Shown in pieces: positions 1 through 8,666 of a stretch of 58,093 nucleotides of DNA (position 1 is its first letter; each line of letters begins with the position of its first letter). Source of the stretch: a virus (Duplodnaviria > Caudoviricetes). A model generated the notes under the pieces. It did not search any database. It was not told the origin of the DNA and saw only the letters and a program-made list of their open reading frames with translations. The stretch covers positions 1-58,093 of the IMG/VR virus record IMGVR_UViG_3300033067_000641; one strand, written 5' to 3'. The position numbers and the translations under genes were made by a program.

Positions 1-2
1 CA

Positions 3-137
3 CGAAATACCGCCGTCTCACCAGCGCCGACTTTCGCAGATGGGATGACGGCTGAGGACGACAGGCGGTTTCTGGAACTGACCAACGACCTGACGCATAA
101 CGCAGAAATAACCGGCCGCGCCAGCGGTCCGGGTTGA
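3..137 (+). CDS. 3' end of a cassette ORF truncated by the window edge
   Basis: Frame 3 is open from the edge (...RRFLELTNDLTHNAEITGRASGPG*) and stops inside the attC, like the other cassette ORFs. Confidence 0.5.
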   Translation, partial: RNTAVSPAPTFADGMTAEDDRRFLELTNDLTHNAEITGRASGPG

Positions 138-151
138 TTGACGGGTTAGCC
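95..151 (-). repeat. attC: attC-like recombination site (57 bp)
   Basis: Minus strand: GGCTAAC-CCGTCA-ATCAACCCGGACCGC-TGGC-GCGGCCGGTTAT-TTCTGC-GTTATGC, giving R''/L''/L'/R' architecture with extra unpaired bases in the L'' arm. Confidence 0.88.
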
Positions 152-181
152 CGTACCTTAACCACGAAGAAAGGAAACACC

Positions 182-421
182 ATGAGCAACGACCCTTGGA
201 TTTACCGCAGCGACAACATGAAGTGCAAGACGTGCATGTGGTTTGTGCCGAAGGTGGCAGCAACGCACCCGCTGCACGACAACAAACACAACGATACGAA
301 CACTTACGATCTTGGTCGTTGTCGTCGCCATGCGCCTTCGATGGGCGGCTATCCGGTAGTGATGGTCAATGATTGGTGCGGCGACCATCGGCTTGACGAG
401 AACAAGTTTCGTGCGGGCTAA
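182..421 (+). CDS. Cassette-borne small 4-Cys protein (HiPIP-like Cys spacing, probable Fe-S or Zn binding)
   Basis: RBS AAGGA. Motifs CKTC...GRCRR...DWCGDH. Stop TAA overlaps the GGCTAAC core box. Confidence 0.7.
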   Translation: MSNDPWIYRSDNMKCKTCMWFVPKVAATHPLHDNKHNDTNTYDLGRCRRHAPSMGGYPVVMVNDWCGDHRLDENKFRAG

Positions 422-440
422 CGCAACAGGTGAAACTGTG
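416..440 (-). repeat. Half/truncated attC (R' core plus L' remnant) or attI-equivalent array boundary
   Basis: Minus strand ...TTTCACCTGTTGC-GTTAGCC. GTGCGGGCTAAC (411-422) complements GTTAGCCCGTAC (145-156) at 11/12. No partner arm found. Confidence 0.65.
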
Positions 441-463
441 TGCGCCAAAGTGGAGGTATTGAA

Positions 464-679
464 ATGACTAACGAAGAACTCAAAGAATCCGTGTTCAAAT
501 TCAAGGAATACCTTGAAGCCAATAACATTACGGTATTCGGCTTGTTTCTGTATACCGCAGGAGACGACCCGATGAATCCATCCGGCGACATCGTAGGCGT
601 CGGAGGAAACGGAATGCTGCAAGACGCACTGATGATCTTGTGGGCAGATCGCATGGGCTGGAAGGTGGTGCCGAAATGA
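464..679 (+). CDS. Hypothetical phage protein
   Basis: RBS GGAGG, ATG at 464. Confidence 0.7.
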   Translation: MTNEELKESVFKFKEYLEANNITVFGLFLYTAGDDPMNPSGDIVGVGGNGMLQDALMILWADRMGWKVVPK

Positions 680-725
680 CAAACGATGAAATCTGCGTCA
701 TCGCGCTTGCCGCAGGGGAGGTTAC

Positions 726-905
726 GTGAGAGTCCTACCGATTCAAGAGCGCGACTACCTGATTGCGTGGTGCAAGAAAAGCAATGCAATGAACCCGCGA
801 ATCAGCAGGTCGCAGTGGCGGTTACGCGGCAGGACGAATCCAATCATGCCGAAAGACCGCATTGCGTTCTGGATGGACGTTACTAGATTGGAGGTTAAGC
901 CGTGA
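726..905 (+). CDS. Hypothetical protein (59 aa, GTG start)
   Basis: GGGGAGG RBS. Translates as MRVLPIQERDYLIAWC..., with GTGA overlap into the next gene. Confidence 0.55.
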   Translation: MRVLPIQERDYLIAWCKKSNAMNPRISRSQWRLRGRTNPIMPKDRIAFWMDVTRLEVKP

Positions 906-1054
906 GATACGCAATTTTGTTATGCCTTGTCCTGTCCGGTTGCGGTGATCCATACAAGTGCATCGACGGAAAAACCTACACGCAGTTATCCATCGGGTCA
1001 TCCATCTATATCCCGTTTGGACAAAACATCCCCTGCACGGTGGTTAAGCCATGA
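902..1054 (+). CDS. Small lipoprotein (50 aa)
   Basis: GGAGG RBS. MRYAILLCLVLSGC signal peptide with lipobox LSGC. Confidence 0.65.
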   Translation: MRYAILLCLVLSGCGDPYKCIDGKTYTQLSIGSSIYIPFGQNIPCTVVKP

Positions 1055-1446
1055 AAGCCGAATGGCTCGACCGCACCCTGACGGAGTGCGCCTATCACTA
1101 CTGCCTGTGCTTGGACGAGACAGCGTTCTTCGCAGAACTTCGCAAACTCAAAGTGCCTGTGCATCGCTGGACTACATTTCTCTCCTCCAGCACCGCTCAC
1201 GCTACAACGCATCACTTCGAGCACGGCGGGAAGATGATCGCAATGGTCTGCCTCGATGCAAAACTAGCGAAGGAAAAGACCGGATGCCAAGTCGCTTCCC
1301 TACTCGTCCATGAAGCGGTGCATATCTGGCAGCGCCACGCAGTTCATATTGGCGCGTTCAACGACCACGGTGACGAGGAAGAAGCCTACGCGATTCAGAG
1401 CATTGCTCAAGCGTTGATGGAATCCTATGCGAGGCAGACGACATGA
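1051..1446 (+). CDS. HExxH metallopeptidase-like phage protein
   Basis: LVHEAVH motif plus downstream EEEAY. Confidence 0.7.
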   Translation: MKAEWLDRTLTECAYHYCLCLDETAFFAELRKLKVPVHRWTTFLSSSTAHATTHHFEHGGKMIAMVCLDAKLAKEKTGCQVASLLVHEAVHIWQRHAVHIGAFNDHGDEEEAYAIQSIAQALMESYARQTT

Positions 1447-1543
1447 TCGACACCACCGAACTCTGGAAGGCGAAGCCAACGCACAAATCGAAGTCGGGCC
1501 GGACAGGGATGATCCGGGCCAAGCAACTGTCGGAGAAATCAAA

Positions 1544-1801
1544 ATGAAAGCCGTCTACACCGTACCACCTTGCGCCACCCCGCCCGACTGGGGCATCATG
1601 CTTCACCTGCTCCACGCACCTATCAAGGCAGACAAGCTGAAGAAGTGCACATGGCCCCCGTGCGACAACGAGTTCCGATCAACCAACCGGCAGCACCAGA
1701 AGGAGTTCTGTAGCGATGAATGCAGAAAGAAAGCCGAAGCACTCGCAGCGAAAGCCCGACGTGCCGCCCGTACCCACCGACTGTCCAAAGCGTCTGACTA
1801 G
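1544..1801 (+). CDS. Small zinc-finger protein
   Basis: CTWPPC...FCSDEC followed by a basic tail. Confidence 0.6.
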   Translation: MKAVYTVPPCATPPDWGIMLHLLHAPIKADKLKKCTWPPCDNEFRSTNRQHQKEFCSDECRKKAEALAAKARRAARTHRLSKASD

Positions 1802-1872
1802 CCTGCAAGGGCTCGGTGTCTGTACCCACCCACGGTGCGATGCTTGCACCATGCAACCGACGAAGGAGATAC

Positions 1873-3924
1873 ATGAAAAGAATAGTGATTGACCTCGAAA
1901 CGTACTACGACCCCGAATACTCGCTGTCGAAGATGACGACTGAGGAATACGTCAATGACCCGCGCTTCCAACTCATCGGGCTTGGCATCAAGACCGAAGA
2001 CAAACCGGCACGGTGGTTCACCGACTACACCGACAGCGTTGTGCTCGCCGATCGTATCCGAGCGACTGATTTCAGCGACTGCCTGATCATCTGCCACAAC
2101 ACCCGCTTCGATGGTGCCATCCTCGCGTGGAAATACGGAGTCAAGCCCGCCATGTGGGCCGACACTCTCGGCATGGCCCGGCCCTTCCACAACGCAAACG
2201 TGGGCGGGAGTCTGGCCAAGTTGTCCAAGGAGTATGGGCTCGGTGAGAAGGGCATCGAAGTCGTCAAGGCACTGGGCAAGCGTCTGGAGGACTTCACGCC
2301 GGAGGAACTGGCGCAGTACGGCCAGTACTGCATCAACGACTGCGAGCTTACGTCCAAGCTATACGACTGCCTCGTGGGCAGGCTTCCGCCCAAGGAGCTG
2401 AAGCTGATCGACCTGACGCTTCGCATGTACCTCGAACCCAAACTCATGCTCGACCCCTTGCTCATCCAGAGGGAAATAGAGCTTGATCAACAGAAGAAGG
2501 AGATGATGTATGCCAAGCTCGAAAGCCTCAACCTCGGGCCGAAGTCTCTTAGCAGCAATGATCAGTTCGCTGCGGTGCTTCGCAGTCTGGGCGTGGAGCC
2601 GCCGGTCAAGGACTCCGGCAAGCTCAAGAACCCGGATGGAACCCCGAGAAAGACATGGGCCTTCGCCAAGGGTGACTCAGATTTCGTCGCACTCCTCGAA
2701 CACGACGACCCACTCGTGGTGGCGGCGGTAGAAGCCCGCATGGGTGCCAAGAGCACCCAGAAGCAGAGCAGGGCGCAGAGGTTCCTCGGCATCGCTTCCC
2801 GTATGGACGGCATGCTCCCCGTGCCGCTCGGCTACTACAACGCCCACACGGGCCGATACGGCGGCGAGGAGAAGATCAACCCCCAGAACCTGCAACGGGC
2901 CAAGCGGGGCGACGAGGACTCGGGGCTGCTCCGCAAGGCCATCATGGCACCCCCGGGGCAGAGCATCGTGGTGATGGACTTCTCACAGATCGAGGCGCGG
3001 GTACTGGCATGGCTTGCACAACAGCACGACAAGATCGAAGCCTTCGCCAACAAGCGTGACGTCTATTCCGAGCAGGCGACGGTGATCTATGGCCGCAAGG
3101 TCGATCGCAAGGCCAACCCCGATGACTTCACGCCGGGGTTCATCGGCAAGGCGGTCGTGCTTGGCTGCGGCTATGGTCTCGGGTTCCTCAAGTTCGCAGG
3201 AATGATCTACGTCGGCATGCTCGGTGAGAAGGGCATCACGTTCGACGACTCCTACGTCGATGTGTTGGGGGTTGATGTGCCGTCGTTCGTGTTGCGTCAG
3301 CAGCAGCGCGACAACTACGACAAGATGATGGCCAACAAGCCGATCCTCCTCACCGACATGGAGTGGGAGATCCATTGCGCCGTGGCCCAGAAGATCATCA
3401 CGGTGTTCCGCAACAGCAACCCCAAGATCGTGGAGTTGTGGGGCAAGGCAACGCAGGCGCTCAACGCAATGCTCGCCTACCGTGAGGATGACCCCGACAC
3501 GCACTTCGCGTTCGGCGGGCCGACCGGAGATCTCATCAAGGTCAGGAAGCATGCCCTGCTGCTCCCCAACGGGATGGAACTGCGCTACGAGGGTCTGGAG
3601 TACGACAAGGGCCAGTTCAGCTTCATGCGCCGCAAGGAGGGCCGCATACAGCGCGTCAAAACCTACGGCGGATCGGTGATCGAGAACCTCACGCAGGCAC
3701 TGGCCCGCATACCTACCACGGACGTCATGCTCAAGGCCGACAAGGTAGGTCTGGGGGTGGCACTGCAAGCGCACGACGAAGTCGGTCTGGTGGTGCCTAC
3801 GGAGGTTGCACAGGAGACCCACGACTGGATGTTGGTCGTGATGAGAAAGCCGCCGAAGTGGGCGGATGGGTTGCCGCTTGATGCAGAAGGCGGCATTGGC
3901 AAACGATATGGAGAAATCAAGTGA
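1873..3924 (+). CDS. polA: DNA polymerase, family A (3'-5' exonuclease plus polymerase)
   Basis: Exo motifs DLETY, HNTRFD, YCINDC. Polymerase motifs HTGRY, DFSQIEAR (A), GKAVVLGCGYG (B), HDE (C). RBS AAGGAG. Confidence 0.95.
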   Translation: MKRIVIDLETYYDPEYSLSKMTTEEYVNDPRFQLIGLGIKTEDKPARWFTDYTDSVVLADRIRATDFSDCLIICHNTRFDGAILAWKYGVKPAMWADTLGMARPFHNANVGGSLAKLSKEYGLGEKGIEVVKALGKRLEDFTPEELAQYGQYCINDCELTSKLYDCLVGRLPPKELKLIDLTLRMYLEPKLMLDPLLIQREIELDQQKKEMMYAKLESLNLGPKSLSSNDQFAAVLRSLGVEPPVKDSGKLKNPDGTPRKTWAFAKGDSDFVALLEHDDPLVVAAVEARMGAKSTQKQSRAQRFLGIASRMDGMLPVPLGYYNAHTGRYGGEEKINPQNLQRAKRGDEDSGLLRKAIMAPPGQSIVVMDFSQIEARVLAWLAQQHDKIEAFANKRDVYSEQATVIYGRKVDRKANPDDFTPGFIGKAVVLGCGYGLGFLKFAGMIYVGMLGEKGITFDDSYVDVLGVDVPSFVLRQQQRDNYDKMMANKPILLTDMEWEIHCAVAQKIITVFRNSNPKIVELWGKATQALNAMLAYREDDPDTHFAFGGPTGDLIKVRKHALLLPNGMELRYEGLEYDKGQFSFMRRKEGRIQRVKTYGGSVIENLTQALARIPTTDVMLKADKVGLGVALQAHDEVGLVVPTEVAQETHDWMLVVMRKPPKWADGLPLDAEGGIGKRYGEIK

Positions 3925-4580
3925 ACATCCCGCCGTGGTCTTTCAGCACCATCAATTCCTACATGACTTGCCCCTTCAAGTATTACGCAGCGAAGGTGAG
4001 CAAGAAGTACCCGGACGAATCCAACGAAGCATCCATCTGGGGCAACCGGGTCCATAAGGCTCTGGAGGAGCGACTGCTGCACAAGACCACGCTGCCGGTC
4101 GGCATGGATCAGTGGGAGCCCATCGTGGCCCTCTTTGATGAGCCGTCCGGCGAGTTGTTGGTGGAGCACAAACTGGCCATCGACAAGAAGTTCGAGCCCT
4201 GCGACTGGGATAACTCGTGGGCCCGTTGCATCATCGACGTTGCACTCTTGCGAGGCGACCGTGCGAAGGCGTATGATTGGAAGACAGGAAAGATCAAACC
4301 CGGATCGCAGCAGTTGGCGTTGTCGTCAGCGATCCTCATGCATGTACATCCGTCGGTCAAGATCGTCGATACAGGGTACGTTTGGTTGCAGTACGGCGAC
4401 ATCACCCCCGCCTCATATCACCGGGGAGACCTGTCTGATTTCTGGGCAGAGTTCCTCCCCAACGTGCGGAAATGGGAGAGGTCGTTCGAGACAGGCAAGT
4501 GGGAGAAGAAGCCCTCTGGCCTATGTCGGGATTGGTGCAGCAACAAAGAGTGCAACTTTTATCAGGAGAAGAAAAAATGA
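3921..4580 (+). CDS. PD-(D/E)XK (RecB/Cas4-like) exonuclease
   Basis: WSFS...CP, GNRVH, IIDV...YDWKTG, QLAL, and C-terminal C-x2-C-x4-C. Confidence 0.88.
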   Translation: MNIPPWSFSTINSYMTCPFKYYAAKVSKKYPDESNEASIWGNRVHKALEERLLHKTTLPVGMDQWEPIVALFDEPSGELLVEHKLAIDKKFEPCDWDNSWARCIIDVALLRGDRAKAYDWKTGKIKPGSQQLALSSAILMHVHPSVKIVDTGYVWLQYGDITPASYHRGDLSDFWAEFLPNVRKWERSFETGKWEKKPSGLCRDWCSNKECNFYQEKKK

Positions 4581-4798
4581 GTACGAAGCTACAAGGGTGG
4601 AAACTCTACCCGAATCATCTGCGAGATGAGGAACTGACGAGGTTCGTTAGAAGCGACCCCGACTGCACCCCCCTCGAACGCAATATGGCCCTTCGGATCG
4701 ATCGCCTGCTTTATAAGTGCGATGATCTGGAGATGGACGTCAAGAACGCCGCCCACGACAACCGGAACTGGGTGCAGATGGAGATGTTCCCGAAATGA
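4577..4798 (+). CDS. Hypothetical protein
   Basis: ATGA-coupled to both neighbours. Confidence 0.65.
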   Translation: MSTKLQGWKLYPNHLRDEELTRFVRSDPDCTPLERNMALRIDRLLYKCDDLEMDVKNAAHDNRNWVQMEMFPK

Positions 4799-5136
4799 GC
4801 ACGACGCCCGAAGGCCGCGTCAAGGCCGACGTCAAGAAGTGGCTGTTCAATCAGGGGTTCGTTCAGGCAGCAAGTAAGGTGAAGGATAGGCCGGAGCATG
4901 TGCGGGGGTGGTACTACATGCCCGTGCAGAACGGCATGGGGGTGACAGGCATCCCCGACTTCATCTGCTGTTGGAATGGACGTTTCCTCGGCATCGAGAC
5001 CAAGGCACCGGGCAAGCGCAATACCTCCACGCCGAATCAGTTGGCGCGGGCCGAAGAAATACAAGCAGCGAAGGGGTGGGCATGCGTCATAGACGATGTG
5101 TCCCAGTTGGACGACATTTTTCAGGAGTGGCTATGA
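4795..5136 (+). CDS. VRR-NUC domain nuclease (resolvase-like)
   Basis: TPEGRVK...GIPDFICC...FLGIETKAPG...Q. Confidence 0.88.
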   Translation: MSTTPEGRVKADVKKWLFNQGFVQAASKVKDRPEHVRGWYYMPVQNGMGVTGIPDFICCWNGRFLGIETKAPGKRNTSTPNQLARAEEIQAAKGWACVIDDVSQLDDIFQEWL

Positions 5137-5435
5137 CCAACCAACGTACCAAAGACTACGAATCACTCGCCGCCGTCCTCAACCGCGCTTTCGATCAGGC
5201 GGCGAACGGCAAAGGTGCCGAGCGGCATGCAGTATCCTTGCCCTTCGATGAACAACCCATGCAGTCAATCAGCAGTCTGGTAGGATCGCACACTGGTCTC
5301 CTGTACCAAGCCATCAAGAAGACACAGGAGTCAGTCCGGCTTCCCCACGACCGGGCTATCGCAGAACTGCTAGGGGCGATCAACTATCTCGCGGGGGCCA
5401 TCATCTATCTGGAGAAAAATCATGGCGTACAGTGA
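5133..5435 (+). CDS. Conserved hypothetical phage protein
   Basis: QAANGKGAERHA...ELLGAINY. ATGA-coupled, RBS AGGAG. Confidence 0.7.
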   Translation: MTNQRTKDYESLAAVLNRAFDQAANGKGAERHAVSLPFDEQPMQSISSLVGSHTGLLYQAIKKTQESVRLPHDRAIAELLGAINYLAGAIIYLEKNHGVQ

Positions 5436-5691
5436 GCAGGAGAAAAAGACGAAGGCGGCGTACAACAAACGCCCCGACGTTGAAGCCAAGCGCGTGGCCA
5501 ACAATCGTGCCCGCCGAGAAGCGTTGCGCGAAGGGAAGGCAAAGGTTGGTGATGGCACCGCTGTTGATCACATCGTCCCCCAATCGGTCGGCGGGTCTCA
5601 GGCCAAGTCGAACCTGCGTATCATCGACGCCAAGCGTAACTCTAGTTGGCGCAAAGGCGATAAGGGGAGTTACAAAGTAAATAAGGTCTGA
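5422..5691 (+). CDS. HNH endonuclease
   Basis: VDHIVP-x3-GG-x5-NLRII...N. Confidence 0.8.
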   Translation: MAYSEQEKKTKAAYNKRPDVEAKRVANNRARREALREGKAKVGDGTAVDHIVPQSVGGSQAKSNLRIIDAKRNSSWRKGDKGSYKVNKV

Positions 5692-5692
5692 C

Positions 5693-7261
5693 ATGATCAT
5701 CATCGAAGACAAGAGAAAAGTTGCACTGAAGCTGAAGAACCCTGAACGTGTAATGCAAGTAGTACCAACTGCAAAGTACATCGACTTCGAAGACCAACGG
5801 TTTGTTGTAGTGCCTCACAAGATGGACGAGACACGGGTGCTTAGAAACATAGGCATCTCCGTGCCGAGTCCTATTCTCTACTACTACAACTGGCCGGGGC
5901 GATTCAAGCCATTCGCAGCGCAGTTGGACACCGCTCAGTTCCTCACTGTCAATCCTCGGGCCTACGTCCTCAACGACATGGGCACGGGCAAGACCGTGGC
6001 GTCCCTCTGGGCGTATGACTACCTGCGGAGCATCAACAGGCACAAGAAAGTTCTGGTCATCGCACCGCTCTCCACGCTGAACCCGACGTGGGCGAACACC
6101 ATCTTCCACAACTTCCGGCACCTCACCTGTCATGTGCTCCACGGCAGCAGGGACGAGCGACTGGAGATGCTGAAGGATGATGTCGATGTCTACATCATCA
6201 ACCACGACGGCATCAAGACGCCGGGCCTGTTGGAAGCACTGGCAGAGCGCGACGACATCACCCTCGTCATCGTGGATGAGTTGGCATCGTTCCGTAACGC
6301 CCGCACCGATCGGTGGGGGGTGCTCAACACCATCTGCAACAAGCAGGTGCCTCGCGATGTATGGGGCATGACCGGATCACCGACGCCCAACGAACCGACC
6401 GATGCATGGGGCCAGTGCAAGCTGCTGACTCCGTCGTCTGTCTCGCCCTACTACGGGCAGTTCAAGGACAAGGTGATGCGGCAGATCAACACCTACAGGT
6501 GGGTGCCGAGGCCAGAGGCAGCGCAGTACGTTGCGTCAGCCATGAAGCCCGCCATCAGGTACAAGCGCGACGAGTGCGTGGATTTGCCACCGCTGCTGTT
6601 TGAAACGCGGCATGTCGATCTGACGCCCGAGCAGGCCAAGGCGTACAAGTCGATGATGAACACGCTGCGGATGGAAGCGAAGCAGGGCGCGATCTTGGCG
6701 AGCAACGAAGCCATCAAGGCAGGCAAGCTGCTACAGATCGCATGCGGTGTTGTGTATGGCGACCACGAGGACGCGGAGATTCTCCCTGCCGCCAATCGCA
6801 TCAGTGTCGTCGAGGAGATCATCGAGGAGGCCGCAGCCAAGGTGATTGTGTTCATACCATTCAAAGGAGCACTGGAACGGGTAGCAGAAAAACTTGGAGA
6901 GAAGTGGGAAGTCGCCGTGGTCCACGGTGGGGTGTCAATGAAGCAGCGTGACGTCATCTTCCAGAATTTCCAAGATCCGAAACACCCGCTGCGAGTGATC
7001 GTGGCACAACCGGCAGCGATGTCACACGGCTTGACTTTGACCGAGGCCAATACGATAATCTGGTTTGCTCCTGTTCATAGCAACGAGACCTTTCAGCAAG
7101 CGATTGCTCGAATCTCTAGGCCCGGACAGCGGCTGAATCAACTGATCGTAATGATTGAAGGCACAGAGATCGAACGGAAAATTTACCACCGGCTCGAACA
7201 CCGTGAGCGACTGCAAGGCACACTTTTACAACTGATCAAAGGAGAAGCAAATGAAGTTTGA
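5693..7261 (+). CDS. SNF2-like SF2 helicase
   Basis: DMGTGKT, VIAPLS, IVDE, MTGSP, HGLTL, QAIARISRPGQ. Confidence 0.92.
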   Translation: MIIIEDKRKVALKLKNPERVMQVVPTAKYIDFEDQRFVVVPHKMDETRVLRNIGISVPSPILYYYNWPGRFKPFAAQLDTAQFLTVNPRAYVLNDMGTGKTVASLWAYDYLRSINRHKKVLVIAPLSTLNPTWANTIFHNFRHLTCHVLHGSRDERLEMLKDDVDVYIINHDGIKTPGLLEALAERDDITLVIVDELASFRNARTDRWGVLNTICNKQVPRDVWGMTGSPTPNEPTDAWGQCKLLTPSSVSPYYGQFKDKVMRQINTYRWVPRPEAAQYVASAMKPAIRYKRDECVDLPPLLFETRHVDLTPEQAKAYKSMMNTLRMEAKQGAILASNEAIKAGKLLQIACGVVYGDHEDAEILPAANRISVVEEIIEEAAAKVIVFIPFKGALERVAEKLGEKWEVAVVHGGVSMKQRDVIFQNFQDPKHPLRVIVAQPAAMSHGLTLTEANTIIWFAPVHSNETFQQAIARISRPGQRLNQLIVMIEGTEIERKIYHRLEHRERLQGTLLQLIKGEANEV

Positions 7262-7631
7262 CGATATTGCCGCGAGCTATATCAAGCTCCGCGATGCAAA
7301 GGCCGAACTTGAGCGCGAGCATGAGGAAATTCTCAGGCCAATCAAGGAGGCAATGGAAGCCGCCGAGCAGTCCATGCTTGGCAAGCTCAACGAGATGGGT
7401 GTCAAATCCATCCGCACCGATTTCGGCACGATCACCAAGGCGACCAAGACATCCGTCACAGTGGGGAACTGGGATGCCGTCTTTGGATTCGTGAAGGAAA
7501 ACGAGTTCTGGCATTTTTTGGAACATCGTATCAGCAAGACCGCAGTAGAAGGCTACATCAGCGAACACGACGAGCCGCCCCCCGGCGTCAACCTGTCGCG
7601 TGTCGCAACCATCCAGTTCCGTCGTTCATAA
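7251..7631 (+). CDS. Conserved phage protein (coiled coil, PPPGV C-terminus)
   Basis: RBS AAGGAG. Sits in the replication module. Confidence 0.75.
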   Translation: MKFDDIAASYIKLRDAKAELEREHEEILRPIKEAMEAAEQSMLGKLNEMGVKSIRTDFGTITKATKTSVTVGNWDAVFGFVKENEFWHFLEHRISKTAVEGYISEHDEPPPGVNLSRVATIQFRRS

Positions 7632-7650
7632 TCCAAAGGACATACATACC

Positions 7651-8577
7651 ATGAGTACCGCTATCACCAATTTCGAATCCGCCAAGCTGCCCTCTTTCCT
7701 CCGCGCTCCCGAGGGCTCCGTCACCAACGCACTGGCTGCACTGGCGTCCGGCAACTATCCCTTCCTGTCCATCAAGGGCAAGCGTTTCGCCGTCGTGCGT
7801 AACAAGGAGGAGACCATCCTCATGCGCCCCGACGACGATGAGACCCCCGCCAACGCAATCGAGGTCGTGATTGTCAATGCCGCCACCCAGTACAGCAAGG
7901 TCTACTACGTCAAGGGCTACACCGACGGCAGCAAGGACAAGCCCACCTGCTACTCCAACGACGGTCAGGCACCCGCTGCCGACGCCGCCGACAAGCAGTC
8001 CAAGAAGTGCTCGGTCTGCCCGCACAACGAGTGGAACACGGGCCCCAACGGCAAGGGCAAGGCTTGCTCCGACTCCCTGCGTCTGGCCGTGTCTGCTGCC
8101 ACCGATCTGAACGACCCCATGCTGCTGCGCGTCCCGCCTGCGTCCCTGAAGGCCATCACCGAGTATGCGTCGATGTTGGCTCGCAAGGGTGCGCCGATGG
8201 AGGGCGTCATCACCAAGATCAAGTTCGATCCGGCAGAAGCCACTCCGAAGCTCCAGTTCTCGGTCGTGAATTTCCAGTCCGAGGCGGCGTACAACGAGAC
8301 CATCGAGATCGCCCGTTCGCAACTCGTGCAGCAGATCATCGGTGCCGTCGCCGCACCTGCCAAGCCGATCGGCCCCATGCTCGACGAGGACGATGCCCAA
8401 GCCGCCGAGCAAACCCGCAAGGAACTCGCTGCGGAAAAGGCGGCTGAAGCCAAGAAGGAGGAGAAGGTCGAGAAGCCCAAGAAGGAGAAGTCAGCACCTA
8501 CTCCTACGGCGACCAAGGCCACCGACCTCGCCGCCAAAATGCGGGCTTCGCTTGACGACGATGACGACGATGCCTGA
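7651..8577 (+). CDS. Putative ssDNA-binding/annealing protein
   Basis: CxxC motif, LLRVPPASL, strongly acidic C-terminus DDDDDDA, position in the replication module. Confidence 0.65.
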   Translation: MSTAITNFESAKLPSFLRAPEGSVTNALAALASGNYPFLSIKGKRFAVVRNKEETILMRPDDDETPANAIEVVIVNAATQYSKVYYVKGYTDGSKDKPTCYSNDGQAPAADAADKQSKKCSVCPHNEWNTGPNGKGKACSDSLRLAVSAATDLNDPMLLRVPPASLKAITEYASMLARKGAPMEGVITKIKFDPAEATPKLQFSVVNFQSEAAYNETIEIARSQLVQQIIGAVAAPAKPIGPMLDEDDAQAAEQTRKELAAEKAAEAKKEEKVEKPKKEKSAPTPTATKATDLAAKMRASLDDDDDDA

Positions 8578-8599
8578 TTGAAATCCCTGTAGCCAGTGC

Positions 8600-8645
8600 T
8601 TGAATCGGGCGGGTGTGGGGCGTAACATTGCCTCTCCCCGCCCGA
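8600..8645 (+). promoter_or_regulatory. Candidate sigma70 promoter overlapped by an inverted repeat
   Basis: TTGAAT(8600)-17 nt-TAACAT(8623), with IR TCGGGCGGG...CCCGCCCGA. Confidence 0.4.
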
Positions 8646-8666
8646 AATAATTACAAAGAGGTCAGA

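Noticed and set aside
888-1054. Repeated GGTTAAGCC(G/A)TGA as further attC cores
   Set aside because: Matches GTTRRRY but has no hairpin arms or complementary partner. More likely a shared RBS/stop-start junction.
3921-4580. Cas4 as part of a CRISPR system
   Set aside because: A stand-alone phage exonuclease in a replication operon, with no cas genes or array.
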